Below, piece by piece: positions 11,055-23,214 of a stretch of DNA of 64,000 nt. Under the pieces are notes generated by a model, which did not search any database, was not told where the DNA came from, and saw only the letters and a program-made list of their open reading frames with translations. The stretch spans positions 6,324,001-6,388,000 of the forward strand of contig CM059433.1 of assembly GCA_030390025.1 (NCBI GenBank). The letters are read 5' to 3'. The position numbers and the translations under genes are program-made. Numbering within the stretch: the first letter of the stretch is position 1; each line of letters begins with the position of its first letter. This stretch comes from Squalus acanthias. Its lineage: Eukaryota.

Positions 11055-12399
11055 AGATGTAATAGCAGAGCACTTGGAAAACAGTGACGGGATTGGACAA
11101 AGTCAACATGGATTTACAAAAGGTAAATCATGCTTGACTAATCTACTGGAATTTTTTGAGGATGTAACTGGTAGAATAGATGAGGGAGAACCAGTGGATG
11201 TGGTGTATTTGGACTTTAAGAAGGCTTTCGATAAGGTCCTGCATAAGAGATTAGCGTGCAAAGTTAAAGCACATGGGATTGGGGGTAAGGTACTGATTTG
11301 GATAGAGAACTGGTTGGCAGACAGGAAGCAAAGAGTTGGAATAAACGGGTCTTTTTCCGAGTGGCAGGCAGTGACTAGTGGGGTACCGCAGGGATCGGTG
11401 CTAGGACCCCAGCTATTCGCAATATATATTAATGATCTAGACGAGGGAACTAGATGTAATATCTCCAAGTTTGCAGACGACACAAAGCTGGGTGGGCGTG
11501 TGTGCTGTGTGGAGGATGCAGAGAAACTCCAGTATGATTTGGACAGGTTGGGTGATTGGGCAGTTGCACGGCAGATGCAGTATAATGTGGATAAATGCGA
11601 GGTTATCCACTTCGTGGCAAAAACAGGAAGACAGAGGATTACCTGAATGGCAATAGATTGGGAAAAGGGGAAGTGCAACAAGACCTGGGTGTCCTTGTGC
11701 ACCAGTCGCTGAAGGTAAGCATGCAGGTGCAGCAGGCGGTTAAGAAGGCAAATGGTATGTTGGCCTTCATAGCGAGAAGATTCGAGTACAGGAGCAAGGA
11801 TGTCTTGCTACAGTTGTACAGGGTCTTGGTGAGACCACACCTTGAGTATTGTGTGCAGTTTTGGTCACCTTATCTGAGGAAGGATGTTCTTGCCATGGAG
11901 AGAGTAGAGCGAAGATTCGCCAGACTGATACCTGGGATGGCATGAATGACGTATGAGGAGAGATTGGGTCGATTAGGCTTATCCTCGCTCGCGTTTAGAA
12001 GAATGAGTGGGGATCTCATTGAAACTTATAAAATTCTGACAGGACTAGACAGGCTAGATGCAGGAAGGATGTTCCCGATGGCGGGGGAGTCCAGAACCAG
12101 GGGTCACAGTCTAAGGATAAGGGGTAAGCCATTTAGGACTGAGATAAGGAGGAATTTCTTCACCCAGAGAGTGGTGAACCTGTGGAATTCTCCACCACAC
12201 AAGGCAGTTGAGGCCAATTCATTAAATATATTCAAGAAGGAGTTAGATATATTTCTTAAGGCTAAAGGGATCAAGGGATATGGGGAGAAAGCAGGGACAG
12301 GGTACTGAATTTAGATGATCAGCCATGATCTCATTAAATGGCGGAGCAGGCTCAAGGGGCCGAATGGCCTACTCCTGCTCCTATCTTCTATGTTTGTAT
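11055..12399 (+). mobile_element. CR1 LINE, 5'-truncated (RT + 3' UTR)
   Basis: QHGFTKGKSCLTNL, YLDFxKAFD, GVPQGSVLGP and FADD motifs. One frameshift and one stop. Confidence 0.95.
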
Positions 12400-12401
12400 G
12401 T

Positions 12402-14250
12402 TAAGAAATAGGAGCAGGAGTAGGCCATTTGGCCTGTCGAGCCTGCTCCGCCATTCAATAAGATCATGGCTAATCTTCTACCTCATCTCCACTTTCCTGC
12501 ACTATCCCCATATCCTTTGATTCCCTTAATATTCAAAAATCTATCGCTCTCGGTCTTGAATATACTCAACGACTGAGCCTCCACAGCCCTCTGGGGTAGA
12601 GAATTCCAAAGATTCACCACCCTCTGAGTGAAGAAATTTCTCCTCATCTCAGTCCTAAATGGCCGACCCCTTATTCTGAGACTGTGACCCCTGGTTCTAG
12701 ACTCCCCAGACAGGGGAAACATCCTCCCTGCATCTACCCTGTCAAGCCCTGTAAGAATTTTGTATGTTTCAATTAGATCACCTCCCATTCTTTTAAACTC
12801 TACAGAATATAGGCCTAGTCTACTCAATCTTTCCTCATAGGACAATCCCCCCATCCCAGGAATCAGTCTGGTGAACCTTCGTTGCACTCCCTCTATGGCA
12901 AGTATATCCTTCCTTAGGTAAGGAGACCAAAACTGTACACAATACTCCAGGTGTGGTCTCACCAGGGCCTTATATAATTGCAGTAAGACAGCTTTACTCT
13001 TATACTTAAATCCTCTTGTAATAAAGGCCAACATACCATTTGCTTTCCTAATTGCTTGCTGTACCTGCATGTTAACTTTCAGTGATTAGTGTACAAGGAC
13101 ACCCAGGTCCCTCTGAACACCAACATTTCCCAATCGCTCACCATTTAAAAAATACTCTGCTTTTCTATTTTTCCTACCAAAGTGGATAACTTCACATTTC
13201 TCCCCATTATATTCCATTTGCCATGTTCTTGCCCACTCACTTAGCCTGACTATATCCCCTTGAAGCCTCTTTGCATCCTCCTCACAACTTACATTCCCAC
13301 CCAGCTTTGTCTCATCAGCAAACTTGGATATATTACATTTGGTCCCCTCATCCAAATCATTGATATAGATTGTGAATAGCTGAGGCCCAAGCACTGATCC
13401 TTGCGGTACCCCACTAGTTACAGCCTGCCAACCCGAAAATGACCCGTTTATTCCTACTCTCTGTTTTCTGTCTGTTAACCAATCCTCAATCCATGATAGT
13501 GTATTACCCCCAATCCCATGAGCCCTAATTTTGTTTAATAACCTCTTGTGTGGCACCTTATCGAATGCCTTCTGAAAATCCAAATACACCACATCCACTG
13601 GTTCCTCCTCATCTATTCTGCTAGTTACAACCTCAAAATAACAGATTCGTTAAACACGGTGGCATAGTGGTTAGCACTGGTGCCTCACAGCGCCAGAGAC
13701 CCGGGTTCGAATCTGACCTCGGGTGACTGTCTGTGTGGAGTTTGCACATTCTCCCCGTGTCTGCGTGGGTTTCCTCCGGGTGCTCCGGTTTCCTCCCACA
13801 GTCCAAAAATGTGTGGGTTAGGTTGATTTGGCTATGATAAATTGACCCTTAGTGTTAGGGGGGATTAAATATGTGGGGTTATGGGGATAGGATGGGATAT
13901 GTTAGGGGGAATTAAATACGTGGGGTTACGGGGGTAGGGTGGGATATGTGTACTGTGGGGATTAAAGCAGGGACAGGGTACTGGATTTGGATGATCAGCC
14001 ATGATCGTATTGAATGGCGGAGCAGGCTCGACGGGCCGAATGGCCTACTCCTGCTCCTAGATTCTATGTTTCTATGATTTCCCTTTCATAAATCAGAGTT
14101 GATTCTGCCCAATCCTATTATCATTTTCTAAGTGCCCTGTTGCCACGTCCTTAATAATAGATTCTAGCATTTTCCCTACTATTGATGTCAGGCCAGCTGG
14201 TCTGTAGTTCCCTGATTTCTTAAATAGTGGGGTTACATTTGCGACCTTCC
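12402..14250 (-). mobile_element. CR1 LINE, tail-to-tail with the previous copy and interrupted by a V-SINE
   Basis: ORFs 12483-13070 and 13086-13598 are CR1 RT. The sequence resumes after 14076. Confidence 0.93.
13654..14076 (+). mobile_element. V-SINE (HE1-like), long-tail variant
   Basis: tRNA head, V-domain, ~46-bp internal tandem duplication, CR1 tail. Confidence 0.9.
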
Positions 14251-15199
14251 GAAGCAGAGATATTGCGCTAGCATTGTATGTAGTTTCATGCTTTGTTTTT
14301 CTACTTGGGTGACATTGTCCAATGTAAATAAATTGACATTAGTTTTAAGCTGGAACAGAAGGGTCTGAATGATATTTACCACCTTTTTGAAAGGACACGG
14401 GCATGGGGCAGGCATCTCGTGGGGTTTCTGGTGCGTTATACTGTAAAGGAACAATCTCCAGTCCTGTGACACACTATGCCTTTATGGCACACAGGAGGGT
14501 GAAAATTTCAGTGCAACAGGAGGCGCTCTCTGCTTACAGAAATCCCGAACACTTTAAAATGGGTCACCTGCAACTGAATGACCACAAAAGAATTGAAATG
14601 AGCGGCGGTGTAGCTTGCAATACATTTCGATTTTTTCCAATTTGTTGCAAGGACATTTACAGAAAATGAAGTGTTTTACAGATCAGCAAAGTGCAAAAAA
14701 CATTAAAAAAAATCAGGTTAGAATTCTTTCTTCCATTAGCACGAACATGGAGTGTGATAACTCAGTCAGGATTTACATAAATTTAAAATGGAAGTTACCA
14801 TGGGATTTAAAAAAGTTTAAATCATTTTAAATCTTTAAACTGAGCTACCCAATGTACAGCTAGTAACAAAACATTTCCACTGCAAAAATATACATTTACG
14901 CTCGTTTAGATACATAAATGTGCAATATTTGATCATCACTGCTTGAGGACCGAAGGCAATGTTGTTAAACCACAATGGACTGGTAATAAACTTAATTGTA
15001 TTTTAATAATTTCATTAATGCTCATTCAAACATATAGGAGGAACAAAAATACTTCCTTCATCCTATTTTTCAATTTTGCCTCTCTTCTGAAGTGCGGATT
15101 CAGGAATGATTTGCTCCATTTGTTGTTGCTAAAATCACATTTCATGGAGTGATTGAAATGCCCAGGTTAACGCTGGACGAATGACCAAGAGTCAATTTT

Positions 15200-15420
15200 T
15201 GGTACTACTGGTTGAAGGAGGAATGTTGGCCAGGGCAAGAGAACAACTCCCAAGTTCTTCTCTGAATAGTAACATGGGTTCTTTAATCTCCACCTGAACC
15301 ACTTCAGTTCAATAGGCCATCTGAAAGGCAGCACACAAAAAAACCCCACACCACTTCAAGAGTCAGCCTAGATTGTGTGCTCGAGCCTTGAACCCACAAC
15401 ATTGAGACTGGCAACAGAGT
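15200..15420 (-). mobile_element. Old DeuSINE fragment
   Basis: Decayed match to the core and head of the 26901 copy (GTCAGCCTAG..GCTC..TTGAACCCACAAC). Confidence 0.55.
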
Positions 15421-15924
15421 TACCAAGGGTAGGCAAACAGAATTCTTTCCAGACCAGTCTAGAAAATAAACCACATTTACATGCTCACAGCCCCTTCAGA
15501 AATTTCCAATGAACAATTGTTGCAAAACTTACTTTCAACTATTTTTTTCCTGCATTGCAAATGATTACGTTATGACACCAAGGTCATACTGGACTTTGTG
15601 CAACTACTTTTTTCTGTACATCAGTCTATCCTGATATGAGTTGTTAACTTTGGGAGGCGTTTGGTTGGTTAGTTTTTGCTAGTTTTCCAGGTTGGTACGC
15701 ATGTATGTTAGAGTGTAGCTTGAACCCACAATTATTTCAAACTCAGGCAGGAGTGTTGCTGCCTCAGTCAAGTTGACACAAATACATGTGAACATACAAA
15801 ATTGGCTGGCAGGCAAAGACCAGCTGGTCCATCAAGCCTGCCCCACACTCGATGGCTGGAGCAACATGACTAAACACTTCTCTCCTCTCCTTTCCCCCCC
15901 ACCACCCCTTCGTTCCACCCCACA

Positions 15925-16402
15925 GTGTCAGCTGTGGCTCAGTGGGTAGCACACTTGCTTCTGAGTCAGAAGGTTGTGGGTTCAAGTCCCACTCCAGAGA
16001 CTTGAGCACATAAAGCTAGGCTGACACTCCAATGCAGTGCTGAGGGAGCGCCGCACTGTCGGAGGTGCCGTCTTTCGGATGAGACGTTAAAGCGAGGCCC
16101 CGTCTGCTCTCTCCGGTGGACGTAAAAGATCCCATGGTCACTATTTCGAAGAAGAGCAGGGGAGTTATCCCCGGTGTCCAGCGGCCAATATTTATCCCTC
16201 AACCAACATAACAAAAAAAGAGAGATTATTTGGTCATTATCACATTGCTGTTTGTGGGACCTTGCTGTGCGCAAATTGGCTGCCGCGTTTCCCACATTAC
16301 AACAGTGACTCCACTTCAAAAGTACTTCATTGGCTGTAAAGCGCTTTGAGACGTCCGGTGGTCGTGAAAGGCGCTATAGAAATGCAAGTCTTTCTTTCTT
16401 TC
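15925..16402 (+). mobile_element. tRNA-derived DeuSINE (SacSINE1-like), full length
   Basis: A box TGGCTCAGTGG, B box GGTTCAAGTCC, Deu-like core (GATGAGACGTTAAA..GTAAAAGATCCCATGG..GAAGAAGAGCAGGGGAGTT), L2-type tail ending (TCTT)n. Confidence 0.85.
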
Positions 16403-17289
16403 CAAAGTGCTGGCGGTTTTGATGCTGTAGATCAACACCCACAGGGAACATTTTTGAAGTTGCTCAAGCTCATTTCACGTTGGACCCTCACAGCTAGCAG
16501 AGATGAGAAACTTTTATCTCAACAGTCTGGTGTGGATTTCAACCCATATTCTAGAGATGAAAGGGAAATGTGCAAACACATCCACTCTGCTCATTTCCAT
16601 TAAACTGTACAATGAGTACTGTCAATTGCCACCGACTCTCACCCAACACAAAAATAATTTATGGCGCAGCACAAATACCATCTATGGCTCGATTTAACTA
16701 GAAGGTAATGTAGGTTAACAGCTTTTCTACATTAAACGGTCATTCATACAGTCAGTGGCAGCCACGGTTAGAGTCAAAGGGATCAGTTGGGGTCAATGGG
16801 GAAAGTAGTGCAAATGTTCTAATTTGCTGTTAATTTTTAATCAATATTTTAAACCACATTATGCTCTAAATGAACTGAAAGCACGAGATGAAACAGCCAT
16901 TTAGTTTGTCACAAATCCAAGGGCTCTTCGATGTCCCGTATGATGAGGATTTAATTACTGCTCTCACTACTCGACCATACATTAATCCCCAACAATTGAG
17001 AAACAGTAAGCTGGCAGCCTTCTCGCACCTCTGCTGCTGAAACTTCAAGAGGAGTAGCACGAATGGAAAAAGCACACACTACAAGTGGAAACTACAGCAA
17101 GAGGTACAGGATTTAGATTTTAAAAAGGCATTTTTATATCTAGAAGACATTACACAGCTACTCGATAGACATTTTAAAAAGGAAAAACATCAAATGTTGG
17201 AAATCAAATAAAAACAGAAACTGTTGAACTTCATAACTTGTCCCCTGTTCACCATGGATGTACAGTGACTCTACAGCTCCATATCCTAT

Positions 17290-17900
17290 AATGAACAACT
17301 TTTCTTCACTCCACTCATTCCCTCCACATGAAAGGCGGCACTATGGGAAGCAGCTCAAGTCCCAACTATGCCCGTCTTTTTGTAGCAACACTTCATTCAA
17401 ATCCTACTCCGCATCCCTCCCCGACCTACTCCGCATCCCTCCCCGACCTACTCCGCATCCCTCCCCGACCTACTCCGCATCCCTCCCCGACCTACTCCGC
17501 ATCCCTCCCCGACCTACTCCGCATCCCTCCCCGACCTACTCCGCATCCCTCCCCGACCTACTCCGCATCCCTCCCCGACCTACTCCGCATCCCTCCCCGA
17601 CCTACTCTGGTGGCGTTGATCACGACTGATGTGCTTTGCGTTGTTGTTCTGATCTTGAAAATGTATCAGTTATGCTTCTTCCAGTGATCCCTCGCCTTCA
17701 TATTACAACAGTGACTACACTTTAAAAGTACTTCATTGGTTGTAAAGCACTTTGGGACGTCCTGAGGTTGTGAAAGCTGCTATAGAAATTCGGGTCTTTC
17801 TTTAGGATCCATCTCTAACTCCTCCCTTGCCCGATTTCTTATCCTTGGCAATCTATTACAAGTCCACCAGCACCCACAGCTACTTGCAGTATGCTTCTTG
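17290..17900 (+). mobile_element. Old Penelope-like RT remnant, interrupted by a minisatellite and a DeuSINE tail (about 17690-17803)
   Basis: HMKGGTMGSSSSPNYARLFV resembles the PLE RT motif QxxGxAMGxxxxPxYAxLF. IYYKSTSTHSYLQYAS near 17850-17900 resembles PLE YxKPTxxxxYLxxxSxHP. Confidence 0.65.
17403..17607. repeat. 22-bp minisatellite CCTACTCCGCATCCCTCCCCGA, 9 perfect copies plus 7 nt
   Basis: Counted directly. No spacers. Confidence 0.97.
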
Positions 17901-18358
17901 AAGCAAATGAATCTTTACAATAGGTCTGCCTATACTTGGAATACATGAGTAATCCACAACATGGAAGGGGAGGCAGGGACCCTTAGTCACCACTGGTGCT
18001 CAAAGATTAAGGTTTTCCCTTCCCACCAAATCTAATGTAGACAGACAGATTTGAACAGAGACACAAGATACCCCAGATATGGGAAATATGTTGGTGAATT
18101 GAATATTTTCTGAAATTTCAGGAGTACTAAGTGAAACTACACTCGAAATTAACTCAAGTAGTCAAGATATGAGAGAGCAAGCACAAGAAAGAGAGAAAGA
18201 AAGATATACATTAAAGGAAAACTTCGACTAAGTGGGATGAGGCCATTTCCAAACTTCACAACTTAGAATTGCGAGTCAGCCAACCCCAAATAATTAATAT
18301 ATATTATATATGTAAAACAAAAAAAACAGCACCCACTTTTCCAATCAGTAAAGAAGAG

Positions 18359-18615
18359 TGAAATAAAAACAGAAAATGTTGGAAATACTCAGCAGGTCAG
18401 GCAGCATCTGTGGAGAGAGAAACAGAGTTAACGTTTCACGTCGATGACCTTTTTGTCAGAACTGGAAAAAGTTAGATAAACAACAACAGGTTTTAAGCAA
18501 GTGCAGAGGCAGGGTAAGGAGAGGGGAAGAACAAAAGGGAAGGTCTGTGATAGGCTGGAAGGCAGGAGAGATTAAATGACAAAAGGGATGATGGTGCAAG
18601 GCAAAAGGAGATGGT
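18359..18615 (-). mobile_element. Penelope-like 3' end with mutated hammerhead (CUGACAA)
   Basis: Matches 2271-2500. Core G8 is changed to A and stem II has a mismatch. Confidence 0.8.
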
Positions 18616-19387
18616 AAGACTTGCTTAGTCAGTGAATAGGGTTTATGGTTATGGGGATTAAGGGAAAATAGAATGACTGGATTAAAAAAAAAGTAATTTG
18701 CCCAGCTATTTGTTACCAGTTGGAAAATAGACCTCTTCCTGAAAGTGTATGGAGGGTGAAAATAACAATGGGATGCAGTGCTTTCTAAAACCCAAATGAA
18801 TGTTTTGCCAAAGAAGGTCCTCCTAACTATACCAGGCAGCTCTGCAACCAGAAATCTACAAACTCCAAATCTGGAAATCCACCTCCAATACAAGTCAACC
18901 AATAATGCTTCGGCACAGAAACCACACCCATTTTTTTGAGTCACATTTTCAAAAATACTCTCTCTTTCGGAACACAAAGTTTGTAAAACTGCATCATTGT
19001 TACCCCTAGACAGAAAGTCCAGAAACAATTAAAATAAATCCTCATTATCTAAAATCCCAAAGCCGTTGTAAACATTTGGTTCAGTCTACACTTGGCACTA
19101 AGCTCAATAGATTTTATCATTTTGAAGTTGTTTTTCATGTTGAGATATCTCAAATGTCATCTGCAGGTATGTTATTTGAAGGTCATACCAGAATTTTGTT
19201 GCATCTTTTAGGCAGAAGATCGAAATGCTTCAAACGCAGTTTATTCAGAATTATAATCCCTAAACTGCCCGCTTATGCACTCTTTTTTGGAGCCATTCTG
19301 AAATTCAAATATTGAAAATGCGCCCTTTCAGATTTATTGAAAATAGGAAACCTTCAGCTTTTTCATTGCGCTTTATTCAACAAGTAG

Positions 19388-19690
19388 ACACGGTGGCATA
19401 GTGGTTAGCACTGTTGCCTCACAGCGCCAGGGACCCGGGTTCGAATCCGGCCTCGGGTGACTGTGTGGAGTTTGCACATTCTCCCCGTGTCTGCGTGGGT
19501 TTCCTCCGGGTGCTCCAGTTTCCTCCCACAGTCCAAAGATGTGCGGGTTAGGTTGATTTGGCTATGATAAATTGACCCTTAGTGTTAGGGGGATTAAATG
19601 CGTGGGGTTACAGGGATAGGGTGGGATATGTGTCGGTGCAGGCTCGATGGGCCGAAATGGCCTCTATCTGCACTGTGGGGATTCTGTGAT
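19388..19690 (+). mobile_element. V-SINE (HE1-like), short-tail variant
   Basis: Same head and V-domain as the other copies. Tail GCAGGCTCGATGGGCCGAAATGGCCTCTATCTGCACTGTGGGGATTCTGTGAT. Confidence 0.9.
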
Positions 19691-19894
19691 TGACACCAGA
19701 TGCCCATTAAGAGTTACAGAAAAACAGAGTTTCCAACTGCCATTCACTTGCATACTGACACAGATCATTTCAGCACAACCTTAACTTTCAGTTGTTGCAA
19801 AATTCTCCTCGAATATCATTGAGCGAAGTCTTTTTGTAATCATACGCCAGAGGTTAAATCTTGTTTCCAGCCAAAAAGTACATCTAGTATTGTA

Positions 19895-20686
19895 TTTGGG
19901 AAGAGCTAACAAGACAAGGGAATGCACAATAAATGGTAGGATACTGAGAAGTGCAGAGGAACAGAGGGAACAGAGACCTTGGAGTGCATGTCCACAGATC
20001 CCTGAAGGTAGCAGGACAGGTAAATAAGGTGGTTAAGAAGGTATACGGAATGCTCTCCTTTATTAGCCTTTCCTTTATTAGCCGAGGCATAGAAAATAAG
20101 AGCAGGGTGGTTATGCTTGAACTGTATAAAACACTATTAGGCCACAGCTAGAACTGCGTGCAGTTCTGGTCACCACATTACAAGAAAGATGTGATTGCAC
20201 GAGAGAGGGTACAGAGGAAATTTACGAGGCTGTTGCCAGGACTGGGGAATTTTAGCTATGAAGAAAGACTGGAGAGGCTGGGGTTGTTTTTTTTGGAACA
20301 GAGAAGGCTGAGGGGAGATTTAATTGAGGTGTATAAAAATGATGAGGGTCCCAGATAGAGTGGATAGGAAGGACCTATATCCCTTAGCAGAGAGGTCAGT
20401 AACCAGGGGGCATAGATTTAAAGTAATTGGTAGAAGGATTAGAGGAGAGTTGAGGAGAACTTTTTTCACCCAGAGGGTGGTGGGGGTCTGGAACTCTCTG
20501 CCTGAAAGGGTGGTAGAGGCAGAAACACTCATCACATTTATAAAGTACTTGGATATGCACTTGAAGTGCTGTAACCTACAGGGCTACGGACCAAGAGCTG
20601 GAAAGTGGGATTAGGCTGGAGAGCTCTTTTCGGCCGGCACAGACACGATGGGCCGAATGGCCTCCTTCTGTGCTGTAAAATTCTAC
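19895..20686 (+). mobile_element. CR1 3' fragment
   Basis: RDLGVHVH, QFWSPHY and FFTQRVVGVWNSLP motifs plus tail. Confidence 0.9.
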
Positions 20687-23214
20687 GGAGTATTACAGCA
20701 TCATACCCAATACAGTTTTAAAAAAAAGCTAGATAACCCATCACAATAAACCCACTGAATTAAAATTGACCAAATAATTAATAACTTGATAGTCCCAAAA
20801 GTTAATAAAAATTCATCCTTATTTTATTACTGAATGTTGAAAGAATCACCAAGTTCTGAAGAAGCTGGTTCAGCTGTGCAGCGCAATCAATCACATGATA
20901 GGCGACGTCTTCCTGGACAACATAATGCTGCGTATGCTAATCCTGATTTCAATTGCGTAATGTGGTTGGAGATATAACTCAACTGAACACAGCTGTGAAA
21001 AGGAAGAGCTAACTCGGCACAATGCTGTAAATGTATTTGCCTTATAAAGGACAGAATTCCAATACCGTAGTAAAGCATCTCTAACAACCCATTACCTTAC
21101 GCAACAGTGCCCTGCTGGTTCAGTTAATTTAAAATTGTTTATCACCTCCATGAGAATTTGTTGGTTTGAAAAACTATGCAGAAATAAGTCAAGGATAATG
21201 CAAAGTACCCCATCTTAAAGAGATACGTGAGCGGCTATACTCCCCACATGAACCAAGTGAGGATATGCCTAAATAAAGATCTCGGAACAAAATTAATTTT
21301 ATTGGACTCAACAGTAAGCTACAAAATTAGAGATAACATTTCATGAACTCATTCTAAGCTTTGAGCAAAGTGAAGTTTCCCTTTCAAAGCTGCCTTCACC
21401 AGATATGGAAAAATATGCTCTAAATCTAATTAAAATTATTATACAAAAAGTGGTATACATTCACTATTTTAAATGTTATGGTATAATACCCAATACAATA
21501 TGCTGCTCCCACTTTTGCAGCATATGTTTATAAAATGCATCCATGTATAATACTCCACTCCTTCAAGGCATCCAAGCTGGGCGTATGGGGAGGGATGGAG
21601 AGAAAAAAAAGGCTTCCTGTGGAAACAGGATGTGCCGATTAGGTGTAATTTTGGCATCATTTCCTGTTCATTTACCCAGTTTCAACAATTCAATTAAACA
21701 CTGGGGGGGTTAAAAACTCTTTAAAAACATTGACTAGAATCCACTCACATTCAACACAATGTTGAAAAGTGCCACGGCTGCAAAAAATCACTAAATCCAT
21801 TTTCATCACTACAACAGGCCATGGATCACATACAGTTCACCAACAATCATGTGCAAGGTCAGTAAAACTAAAAAGTTACTTTCTTCCATCATGCTCAAGA
21901 GGAAGACTTCTCAAAGTAAAATTTCCAAGGGGCACTCACGAGAGCACATCCCAAGGAATGAATGTCTGGGGCCCTCATGTTGGATGGATTTGGACTGTTC
22001 GACCCGGTCCTCTGTTTAATGCTAAAAATGTTCTCTACTTACGCTGAATGCCTTAAAGAGCAAGTTTAATAAAAAAAAACAATTAATAGTGATGGTTCCT
22101 GTGAGAAATTACTTTTATATTGCAGCTACTGCACATACTGGTAATCAAACCAATGAAGCCCACAGTGTAATTGAAGTGGAATAGTTGGGCGAGAGATAGA
22201 ATCACTCATCTTCACTGCTCGGGTCACATGCAAATTCCAATAGGAGGAAAACTGTCATGCATTAATAGACAGCATTGGATCCACATATTATGAACAGCCG
22301 CAAGAAATGTTGCATGTCCAACACCATAGAAAGCACTGAAGATAAGAGTTCTGTGGAAGGGAGATGAGGCTGGGCCTGACCAGTTACTAAAAATTATTTT
22401 CCATATGAACAATGAGCACGATTTGGACAACATGAATTCTTCGACTTGTTTTTGCCACTTGTATTGTATAATTCACATTACACTTCAAGCAGTTTACAAA
22501 GGTTGATCTAACCAGACCCCAGTCTCAAGAATTTTTAATTTTAGCAGAGAGATGTATCTCCGATTTCTTGGGGTGGGGCGGGGGGAAAAGAGAAAGTGTT
22601 TTATTGAGATTTACTGTAAACCACTTCAAAATTGAGAAAATAAAATGCATCTATTTACAAATATGCAAGGTACTGATTTAAACCACGAGAGAAGTTCACA
22701 GAGTTTAGCTGGGGTGAAATTATGAATTTTAGTAAAGCTTCTTTATTAAATAGCGCGGCTTGTAAATCCTTCAACCACTGTAGCTTTATTTAGTACAAGT
22801 TATATGATGGAAACTGCTATAAAATACCGTACAACTTTCTGCGCATTTACAGTAAGCATCTGCAGATCCTAAAAAGGAAAATCTGTTCTTCTCGACGAAG
22901 CAATAAATCCGAAGATTTCCTCCGTGCTCGCCGGTCAGGAAATGGAATTCGCAGGTCAGCTTTTATTTTTCACGCTCGCAAAGAGCCGATTGTAAGGACG
23001 GTCACAATCAACTATTGCCAACGAAAAAAAAATTGTAGCTGGTGCGAGACATCACCTCAAGACAATCTTGCACTGCTTACCAAAGTCGTACTTATAACGG
23101 CCCACTGACTGGCGCATAACGAAACACTGCATTTATGTTTTTTCTTCTAACCAAAGCATCCAATGACTACGGAAAGCCCCTCTATTTTCTCACGCCATTT
23201 CTCCAAATGAAGCA

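Noticed and set aside
13654..13725. tRNA-like sequences (also at 15925, 19388, 27376, 39060, 3174)
   Set aside because: These are SINE heads continuous with V or Deu domains, not tRNA genes.
17403..17607. Regular repeat array resembling CRISPR
   Set aside because: Head-to-tail units with no unique spacers, no cas genes, vertebrate context.
18426..18463. Additional hammerhead copies (here and about 551-587)
   Set aside because: Invariant G8 mutated (CUGACAA) plus stem II or III defects. Predicted inactive.
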